Origin: Candidatus Helarchaeota ASGARD archaeon Hel_GB_B
GTDB lineage: Archaea > Asgardarchaeota > Lokiarchaeia > Helarchaeales > HEL-GB-B
Length of the DNA: 22,338 nucleotides
Direction of reading: 5' to 3'
Assembly: GCA_005191425.1 (NCBI GenBank)
Contig: SUPR01000060.1
Span: 1 to 22,338, forward strand
The notes beneath the pieces are model-generated. The model saw only the letters and a program-made list of their open reading frames with translations. It was not told the DNA's origin and did not search any database. How positions within the stretch are numbered: the first letter of the stretch is position 1; each line of letters starts with the position of its first letter. Below are positions 11,301 to 18,372 of the stretch, piece by piece. Made by a program: the position numbers and the translations under genes.

Positions 11301-11691
11301 ATTCTCTATTCTCGGTTTCTTCGATAGCTTTAATTGGTGTTCCTAATACTTCTACCTCGTATTTTTCCAATATACCCTTCGAGTTTAATTCGACTCCACA
11401 ATTTAAGGCAGTTTGACCCCCAAAAGCCAACATTATTCCATCTGGTCGTTCTTTTTTGATTACTTTTTCTACAAAAGGGACAGTAATTGGTAATAAATAA
11501 ACTTTATCTGCTAATCTTGGATCTGTCTGAATAGTTGCTATGTTAGGATTAATTAATATTGTTTCAATACCTTCCTCGCTAACAGCTTTTACACATTGAG
11601 AACCAGAATAATCAAACTCGCCAGCTTGACCTATTCTAATTGCCCCTGAACCTAAAATCAATACCTTTTTTATATGATCATATAATGGCAT
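8332..11691 (-). CDS. carB: Carbamoyl-phosphate synthase large subunit
   Basis: 1119 aa. KKVLILGSGAIRIGQAGEFDYSG, NPNIATIQTD, two ATP-grasp halves (GIHTGES / GVHSGDA), RPSYVLSG, and a C-terminal MGS-like domain (IRRKAVEYNIPVIT). Confidence 0.98.
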   Translation of the reverse strand: MPLYDHIKKVLILGSGAIRIGQAGEFDYSGSQCVKAVSEEGIETILINPNIATIQTDPRLADKVYLLPITVPFVEKVIKKERPDGIMLAFGGQTALNCGVELNSKGILEKYEVEVLGTPIKAIEETENRELFRQAMFRCGIEIAKSKIANNLHDALKIANDIGYPIIVRVGYTLGGRGSGIARNEDQLREIASRGLAQSMINQILIEEYLDVPNWKEVEYEVVRDSQNNCITVCNMENFDPMGIHTGESIVIAPSQTLTNREYHILRSASISVIRELGIVGECNIQYGLHARSEQFKAIEVNARLSRSSALASKATGYPLAYVAAKLALGYTLPELSNKVTGITTACFEPALDYLVTKIPRWDLQKFSGSVDRRIGSQMKSVGEVMAIGRNFEESIQKAIRMLEIGKIGLSGNSNNFDDYSDDKIKTLLKNPTDERIFVLMSALRHNISVDEIYQLTGIDKWFLYKLLHISEIEKKLKKNKLFSSYNDSIHDDSKQMKLKELIKEAKKYGFSDLQIAKLWNTDEFAVRRLRTRLNITPVIKQIDTLAAEWPATTNYLYLTYGGNTHDLEFKHDFMRKKIIVLGSGVYRIGSSVEFDWGAVNIVWALKNQGIDEVAMVNYNPETVSTDYDISDKLYFEEINFERVLDICDIEKPYGIVVSVGGQVSNNIAPKITMAREILRIGNVKIIGTLGKNIDRAENRVKFSKVLDLEKIGQPDWSSLSDLEHAKKFAKKVGYPVLVRPSYVLSGAAMRVAYAKNQLEEYLLLATNVSPEHPVIISKYIEDAREVEVDGVSDGTDVLIGAIIEHVENAGVHSGDATMSIPPISISKEVIDEIKKYSKKIARSLQIVGPFNIQYIVKNEEVFVIECNLRTSRSMPFVSKTSGINLMEVAAPIMLGKKLKDLKLPDINPVDYFGVKVPQFSFMRLEGADPILGVEMLSTGEVASYGNTFLEALIKALISAEIKVPLDGGNVFITVGGYELKQKIIPLVEKLTKLNYKIYATEDTAIAIKNKGFEVTTLYKISEPQRKPNIKDYLLKRKIDLIINIPIARVLEKYKAMLKDEYDIRRKAVEYNIPVITNLQLAKAMVDALEFARTNELSILSLNELWQRLDFTYGWNKIK

Positions 11692-11708
11692 TCTTTTTAA
11701 CTCTCTTA

Positions 11709-12902
11709 TTAATTCTTTACAATAAAACTTTTAAATTTGTCAAATAAAAATTCGGTGTCCATAGGACCAGGGTAATTTTCTGGGTGAAATTGAACCGCAA
11801 ATGCCTTTTTCTTTTTATGATAAAGCCCTTCATTTGTATTATCATTTGCGTTAATAAACCATACCTCGAGATCAGTTTCTTTTAATGAATCTTCAGATGG
11901 CGCAAATCCATGGTTTTGAGTAGTAATATAACATTTATTCGTTTTTACATCTAAAGCAGGTTGATTTTGAGACCTATGACCATATTTTAATTTGTAAGTA
12001 CTTCCACCCATAGCTAACGCGAAAATTTGATTTCCTAAACATATTCCCATAAATGGAAGGTTATTCTCAATTAGATATCTAGTTGTTTCAATAGCTTGAA
12101 CATTTATTTTAGGGTCTCCTGGCCCATTTGAAGTTAGAAAAGCATCTGGTTTATATTCAAATATCTCATCAGGCTTAAAATTGTAAGGTACCCTAACAAC
12201 TTCATAATTCCGCAACAAAAGTTGTCTAATAATATTTAATTTAATACCCATATCTAATACTACTACTCTTGAACCATTATTTTCATAAATTATTGGCTCT
12301 TTTATTGATACTTCAGACACTAAATCTCTTAAATTTGGATCTTTAACTCTTTTTACTTTCTCAACTAATTTTTCAATGTCAGGTACCTCACCATAGTCAT
12401 AAACTTTTAATATACCAAGCATAACACCCTGAATCCTCAATTTTTTAGTTAATTCTCTTGTATCTATACCCTCAATGCCAGGTATATTTTCTTTTTTCAT
12501 CCATTCATCTAAGGACATAAAGCAATTCCAATGAGATGGGATTTTGCATGCTTCGTGCACAACGATCCCGCTTGTTTTAATAAAATGTGGATTTTCAAGA
12601 TCTTCATAAGGAACATTTATTTTTTCGGATTGAAGATCCAATCCATCAGACTCGAAAAAACGTGGAATTCCCCATTTATCTCTGATATTTGGGTTTGGAA
12701 CACCATAATTTCCAATTAATGGATAAGTAAATGTAAGAATTTGACCATGATAAGATGGATCGGTCATACTTTCTGGATATCCAACCATTCCTGTATTAAA
12801 GACAAATTCACCATCTATTTCCTTTGTTGCACCGAAACCATAACCTTCAAAATAAGATCCATCTTCTAAAACTATTATGGCTTTTCTTTTTTCTTCTTTC
12901 AT
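11709..12902 (-). CDS. carA: Carbamoyl-phosphate synthase small (glutaminase) subunit
   Basis: 397 aa. LEDGS, GEFVFNTGMVGYPE..TDPSY.GQIL, SNGPGDP, catalytic GICLG, GHRSQNQP, TQNHGF and QFHPE. It ends 17 nt upstream of carB, consistent with an operon. Confidence 0.98.
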   Translation of the reverse strand: MKEEKRKAIIVLEDGSYFEGYGFGATKEIDGEFVFNTGMVGYPESMTDPSYHGQILTFTYPLIGNYGVPNPNIRDKWGIPRFFESDGLDLQSEKINVPYEDLENPHFIKTSGIVVHEACKIPSHWNCFMSLDEWMKKENIPGIEGIDTRELTKKLRIQGVMLGILKVYDYGEVPDIEKLVEKVKRVKDPNLRDLVSEVSIKEPIIYENNGSRVVVLDMGIKLNIIRQLLLRNYEVVRVPYNFKPDEIFEYKPDAFLTSNGPGDPKINVQAIETTRYLIENNLPFMGICLGNQIFALAMGGSTYKLKYGHRSQNQPALDVKTNKCYITTQNHGFAPSEDSLKETDLEVWFINANDNTNEGLYHKKKKAFAVQFHPENYPGPMDTEFLFDKFKSFIVKN

Positions 12903-13078
12903 CTCTTAGTACCTTAAGATAGTTAGTTTTTGTTTATTATAAAATTAATGTTCCGATAAAAACAACGAAATTGGATAATGTTAAAATTATTACTGAATTT
13001 ATTTTTTTGAAAAAAACAAAAATAATGATACAACAGACCTCAATTTCGAAGTTTTTAAGATTAAAGGTATTAAAAAAA

Positions 13079-14344
13079 TTAGATGGAAGGTCTTGGAAAA
13101 CTTTCCGTAAAATGCCAAATTCCATAATTCCAAATATAAGCCATAAAATAATAGAAAAAATAAATAAAAATTGTTAAAGTGATTATGATTACTAACTTGC
13201 TATAGACCTCCCTTTTTCTAAACCTTTTTATAATTGACTTCTCATTCAAATTTTTAAAAACATAAATTAAATTCCCTATCTGATAAATAATTACTGCAAG
13301 AATAGTAAAAAATATTGGCGCAAATAGATAATTAAATCCGATTATGTCTACAACTAAACCTGATGAATAATCATAAACTATTATATCATCGCCAAAAGTA
13401 TTTCCCACAATGATTTTTCCATCACTAGTTAAATCTGCATCAAATGGAGTAAATAGTCCAAATGTAAAGCATTTGACAATTTCTTTAGTAGTTTTATTTA
13501 TTTCAATGATCCTATTGTTATTTGAATCAGTTATTAATAAATTACCATTTGGTAATAAATCACAATCGCGTACCCACCTTAATTTCTTATCTCTATATTC
13601 CCAGATTAATTTACCATTTTTATCAATTTCAATTACTCTATTATTTTCAGAATCACAAACCAATGTATGTCCATTTGATAAACGTTTTGGCGAATGTTGA
13701 TGAAACAATAATGAATGATTTCCAGGAATTCCATAATGCCAGGTTATGTTCAAATAGCCAGGTTCCCCAATTTTTGCACTATGATTTATTTCAATCAATA
13801 AATCAAAATTTCTAATAGAAACTAAAACAGTATCGTATTTTTTCCCAGATTGGCTCCCATTTATAAATTCAACTGCGTTTAAATGTGTATAATAACCGTT
13901 TGGTGGATTTTTGTTTTGGACTATAGATAAAGCATTATGATCCCACCCGTTTTTTAATCCAAAATCAGTCCAATTAACTTGGGAATTGTTTTTTGCGTCC
14001 CATTCCCAAACTACCTTGTTTGTAGTAATATTTATCTCAATTATTTTATCACCGCCAGTATCCGCAATTAATACATCTCCATTAGGAAGTAAATCAGCGT
14101 CATGAAAGAAAAAGTGGGGGCAATTATTTTTCCATAAAATTTGTCTGGTATAAGGGTCCATAATTTTTACAACCCCTACTCCATCTGAAATCAAGTAATC
14201 ACCTTTAAATTTTCCATATCGAATTTCATCAACATCAGTTGGGCCAATTATAGGAGAGAAATTAAATTGGACCGGAATAAGAATAAAATTAAGAATAATA
14301 GGGAGAATTGCAATTATAATTTTAATAATTGTCCTTTTTTTCAT
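13079..14344 (-). CDS. Membrane-anchored extracellular beta-propeller, aryl-sulfate sulfotransferase (ASST)-like
   Basis: 421 aa. N-terminal signal anchor; repeated D.D.LPNG..LI.D blades; His/Asn/Arg motifs HDAD, THLNAV, SIRN, FHQHSP matching the ASST active-site pattern; two C-terminal hydrophobic helices. A GGTGA RBS lies at 14349-14353. Confidence 0.72.
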   Translation of the reverse strand: MKKRTIIKIIIAILPIILNFILIPVQFNFSPIIGPTDVDEIRYGKFKGDYLISDGVGVVKIMDPYTRQILWKNNCPHFFFHDADLLPNGDVLIADTGGDKIIEINITTNKVVWEWDAKNNSQVNWTDFGLKNGWDHNALSIVQNKNPPNGYYTHLNAVEFINGSQSGKKYDTVLVSIRNFDLLIEINHSAKIGEPGYLNITWHYGIPGNHSLLFHQHSPKRLSNGHTLVCDSENNRVIEIDKNGKLIWEYRDKKLRWVRDCDLLPNGNLLITDSNNNRIIEINKTTKEIVKCFTFGLFTPFDADLTSDGKIIVGNTFGDDIIVYDYSSGLVVDIIGFNYLFAPIFFTILAVIIYQIGNLIYVFKNLNEKSIIKRFRKREVYSKLVIIITLTIFIYFFYYFMAYIWNYGIWHFTESFPRPSI

Positions 14345-14348
14345 TAAA

Positions 14349-14582
14349 TCACCAAATGTTTATGAAATAAGTTAATGTATATAAAAGAATATAAAGAGAA
14401 AATTGTGTCCCAAACCCCTTCATTGTTCTTTTAAAAGAGATCCAATGCCCATGCTCTTCTTTAATAGCTAAAATTAAATACGGTATAGTAATTAAAGTAA
14501 TCAAATATATAACAAAAGTTATTACTAAATTTCTCAAATTGTTCCATAAAGGAAGATAAAAGAAATAGCCTAAATTCGGCAT
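14349..14582 (-). CDS. Small (77 aa) two-helix membrane protein, probably co-transcribed with the ASST-like gene
   Basis: Two hydrophobic segments (LVITFVIYLITLITIPYLILAI; FSLYILLYTLTYFINIW). Its TGA stop overlaps the GGTGA RBS of the next gene, 4 nt before that gene's ATG. Confidence 0.55.
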   Translation of the reverse strand: MPNLGYFFYLPLWNNLRNLVITFVIYLITLITIPYLILAIKEEHGHWISFKRTMKGFGTQFSLYILLYTLTYFINIW

Positions 14583-14757
14583 TCAAATTCCAATAAATAA
14601 TAATTTGAAATTCCAAATATGATCGTAATTAATATTTTTGTCCAATATAGTTTTTCATCAGAAAATTTATACAACATTTTATTAGACATTATTATTTCCT
14701 CAATTCGCAATTTATATGTTAGAAGTGATTAATTATTTAGATTTATTAATTTTTTTC

Positions 14758-15428
14758 CTAATTTGGATGAAGATTAATAATAATTATACAATAATTTTCT
14801 TTATTATTAATTCCATAAACTTGAACATCTATTTTAAAAACAAAAATGGAGTTCGTTTTAGCTTCTAGAACACCTGCTTGAATAAAGAAATGAAGTGGAT
14901 AATCTACAAATTCAGTATTTTTGATTTTTATTATTCCCTTATTTTCTTTTTCTAAAATAATTATTTCATAGTCATATTCTTCTCCTAATATATTTGCATT
15001 GAGAAAGATTTCACATAATGTTTTGAGAATTTCTTTTTTATTATTTTTATTTAAATCTTCATTTATGTTCTCAAAATCGAGGTATTTTTCAATTTCAAGC
15101 GATTCTACAAGGAGAATACCAATTTTTTTGCCATTATTAATTATATCTGGATAAAGATTATTTAATGATTTTAAAAGACTTTTATAAAAATTCCTTATTA
15201 ATGGACGATATGGGTTTTGTTTTAAAAGTTCTTCGTTTTCTTTTGAAAACCAGAGTGAATAAAACCTACTTTTCTATTTATACATCTATTTTCTTTGTCT
15301 AAAATCTTCAGATACTTAGAAACAGTAGTCCTACTGAGATCTAGTTCTACAGCAATTTTTTTAATAGATTTTCCAAAATTGGTGCTTTTTAGAGATTTTA
15401 GAATTCTACTTTTAATATCAAGAGCCAT
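14758..15428 (-). pseudogene. Frameshifted winged-HTH transcriptional regulator with C-terminal V4R-like domain (~223 aa if repaired)
   Basis: The track ORF 15222..15428 gives an HTH (KSIKKIAVELDLSRTTVSKYLKIL...RKVG). Shifting -1 at the T4 run (15261-15264) gives YSLWFSK... and 167 stop-free, Met-free codons ending at TAG 14758-14760 (...NGKKIGILL...LHFFIQAGVLEA...NYCIIIINLHPN). Confidence 0.8.
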
Positions 15429-15717
15429 TTTAATTATACCTGAATATATATTTCAAAATGATTATGTTCATTTGTATTCATTTAACAGTTTTTTCTATGT
15501 CCAGTAATTTAAAGAAAGTCTAATGAGTTTATTAAATTATTTCGATTTTTATTTTTTATTTTTTTACTTATTATTTATTTTTATAGAGATTTTTAATATA
15601 TTCTTGAATTATTTATTTATTTTTTTTCTCGAGTTTAGATATAAATTAAATATATTTGATATTAGATATTTTTGATATTAGATGATCTAATCCAATGATA
15701 AAAATTCATATATGTGA

Positions 15718-16077
15718 ATGGTTATTTATGCCATTGATGATTGGGCATTTGATATTTTCTTGAAATCTTTAAAAAAAGCAGGTTATCCTGGAGTTAATGA
15801 GGGAAATTGGAGTACATACATTAATTTGGGGTCAGGAGCTCATTATGCATGCTTAGAACTCGATATGATTTATGACCCAAAAAGCCAAGAAGAAAAAGAT
15901 AAAATCCTCGAAATACTTAATAATGTTTCGCTTGCATTAATGAAAAATGGTATCTTTTTTCCACACAACCTTAGACAAACAAGAGATATTGTTGAACAGA
16001 TGGTCATGCCAAAAATTTGGAAACTAACAAAAGAAATTAGAGAGGCAATACAAGCTACAATTTTAAGTCCACTATAA
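15718..16077 (+). CDS. Hypothetical 119-aa protein, possibly a stand-alone or remnant C-terminal part of an FAD-linked oxidase
   Basis: Protein-like composition. The C-terminus MPKIWKLTKEIREAIQATILSP resembles the ...K.IK.ALDP.NILNP end of FAD-oxidase_C domains. An in-frame TGA immediately precedes the ATG. Confidence 0.5.
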   Translation: MVIYAIDDWAFDIFLKSLKKAGYPGVNEGNWSTYINLGSGAHYACLELDMIYDPKSQEEKDKILEILNNVSLALMKNGIFFPHNLRQTRDIVEQMVMPKIWKLTKEIREAIQATILSPL

Positions 16078-16698
16078 CAAATATATTTATTCCTTTAATT
16101 TTTTATTTAAAAATTTGTAAAAATAAATATAGAAGAGAATTTAAAGAATTCCTTCAATTTTTAAAGGAGAATTAATATAGCCATTTATTAAGAGGAGGGG
16201 GAAAATTTAGGGGGAGGGGATAAATTAAAAGTAGTACATGGCAAATTAAGACCCTATCTTTAATTGAAGGAAAGTAATCTCTTCTCATTTGGCCTTTATT
16301 TGGTACATCATTGAAAATTTTTTCATTATAATAATTATCAAATGTCTTTTCCAAACAAACCAAATTTACCATTCCTTATTCTTAATTTAATTCTATATAT
16401 TTACACCAACATATTTAATCCCAATGCATAAAGATAGTAATGGGGAATATTAAATAATTTCGCAAATTAATTCTGCTAACTATTATTGCCTTGCAAAAGA
16501 GAATTTTTTAATCTATTGTCAATTAGTTTAATTCATTTTATGGATAAAGAATATTTTATTAAAAAAATATATTAAAAAAATTCTTTTTGACATTTTTAGA
16601 CATTTTATGAAACTTTTTATTTTTCTTTTCTCTCGAAAAAAAAGATTTACATCTAAAAATATTCAGAAAAAAAAATTATTTAAGTACATCGGATTATT

Positions 16699-17616
16699 CT
16701 ATTCGATTAAACCTAAAATCAAACTTATTAATGCCATCCTAACGAGTAGACCATAATAAGGTTGTTTAAAATATTTAGCATGTTTGGTATTATCAACTTC
16801 ATAAGCAATTTCATCTAACCTGGGCAAAGGGTGCATGATTATAAAAGATTCTTTTACATTTTTTATAGTTGATAAATCTATTTTATAAGAGCCTTTCAAT
16901 TTTAAATATTCGGTAGGGTCAGGAAATCGTTCTTTTTGAATTCTTGTGACATAAAGTACATCTAAGTCGTTAATCACGTCCATAACATCTTTAAACTCTT
17001 TATATTGAATATTTTTTTCATTAAGATAATTTAATACTTCCTTGTTCATTTTTAAAGATGGAGGAGAAATAAAATTTAAATCACAATCATACAGACTGAG
17101 GGCATACGTCAAACTTTTAACGGTCCTGCCATATTTTAAATCACCTAAAATTCCAATATTGAGGCCGTTGATATCTTTATATTCTTTTTTAATAGTCAAT
17201 AAGTCCAATAATGCTTGAGTAGGATGTTCTTTTGTCCCGCAGCCTGCGCTAATAATAGGAACTGGGCTATTCTCTGCAGCTAGCATATCAGCGCCTTCTA
17301 ATGGATGTCGAATTACAATTATGTCGCAATAATTGCTTACACATCTTATTGTATCTGTTAAATTTTCACCTTTAGTTTTTGATGAAGTTTTGGGGTCTGA
17401 AAAACCAATTACATTTCCACCCAGTCTATACATTGCCGATGAAAAACTCATTTGTGTCCTGGTAGATGGTTCATAAAATAGAGAACCAAGAATTTTGTTT
17501 TTTGCAATATCAGTGCCCGAATGTATTATATCTTCCATTTTTTCTGCGGTTTTTAAAATATATTCGATTTGCTTCTTAGAGAAATTTTTTATTGATATAA
17601 AGTGGCTATTTTTCAA
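16699..17616 (-). CDS. pyrB: Aspartate carbamoyltransferase catalytic subunit
   Basis: 305 aa, TTG start. FYEPSTRT..SF, KGENLTDT, IRHP, HPTQALLD, GDLKYGRTVKSL, LYVTRIQKERF and MHPLPR are all present. Confidence 0.97.
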   Translation of the reverse strand: MKNSHFISIKNFSKKQIEYILKTAEKMEDIIHSGTDIAKNKILGSLFYEPSTRTQMSFSSAMYRLGGNVIGFSDPKTSSKTKGENLTDTIRCVSNYCDIIVIRHPLEGADMLAAENSPVPIISAGCGTKEHPTQALLDLLTIKKEYKDINGLNIGILGDLKYGRTVKSLTYALSLYDCDLNFISPPSLKMNKEVLNYLNEKNIQYKEFKDVMDVINDLDVLYVTRIQKERFPDPTEYLKLKGSYKIDLSTIKNVKESFIIMHPLPRLDEIAYEVDNTKHAKYFKQPYYGLLVRMALISLILGLIE

Positions 17617-18336
17617 TTTTAATCCCTAAATCTCTAGTTTATATTTTATTATGATTTAAAATTAAATAAAGATATCTATAATTAAAAAAAGGAGAATTAA
17701 AGTTAACAAAAGAATTATTAATCAAAAAAATTATCATTTTTTAAAAAATGTCAGTATTTTTATCATTTTTTTTCTTATGTTGAGTGGAAGGAATGTTGAA
17801 TATCCTTTTTTTGTACCAATATAATTTCATTTTTGATGAGTTTATCCTCAATCTCAATCGCCTTTTTTATTAAAAAATATTGATAATTTAATAAAATTTT
17901 TTTTAGTTCTACTTAAAAATATTTTGATTCAAAAGCTGTATTAGATAAACAATAAATATCACATTTCTAAACATTTAAACTAATAACTACTATTTTGTTA
18001 TTGTTTTAAAAATTCTGCAAAATATTTGGAGAATATTGGTCAAAATTTGACATCTAAATTTTTTATAATAACTATTTTGCCTTATATTTTATATTAACAA
18101 AAAAATTACTTTAAGCTTTTTTATTGTATTTAATAATTATTCCAATATCAATGCTTTTTTTTAATATTATCTTTGGTCTAATCTAATTCTAAGTAATTTC
18201 CTATTAATTTCTGATATTATTATTTATAATTATTTTTAGCTGCTATTTCTTCATATTTATCGCAGTTCATTATCTGTTTCTTCCAAATTACTATCAGTTT
18301 GTCAAGTTGGGGTGTGAATTATAGGAAGACCGATAA

Positions 18337-18372
18337 AAATCAATAATAAAATAAAAAATTAAAATGAACAAA
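18337..18372 (-). terminator. Putative archaeal oligo-T terminator after the HTH-ATP-cone-NrdD-like gene
   Basis: The minus strand reads TTTGTTCATTTTAATTTTTTATTTTATTATTGATTTTT directly after the stop. The AT-rich background weakens this call. Confidence 0.35.

Noticed and set aside
12937-13177. ORFs 12937..13125 (-) and 12971..13177 (+)
   Set aside because: They overlap each other and the end of the ASST-like gene, have low-complexity K/I/F composition and occupy the likely carA promoter region.
5276-13815. Short ORFs 5276..5464, 5798..6001, 6202..6420, 8342..8596, 9176..9433, 12531..12719, 13410..13700, 13522..13815
   Set aside because: All lie antisense within well-supported genes and show no independent coding signal.
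15222-15507. 68-aa HTH ORF as a complete gene, and the antisense ORF 15295..15507
   Set aside because: The 68-aa ORF is better explained as the 5' part of a frameshifted 223-aa gene; the plus-strand ORF is its shadow.
16172-16372. 66-aa minus-strand ORF
   Set aside because: It has no recognisable motif and its Pro-rich end derives from the G-tract. It cannot be excluded, but it is not supportable as a gene.
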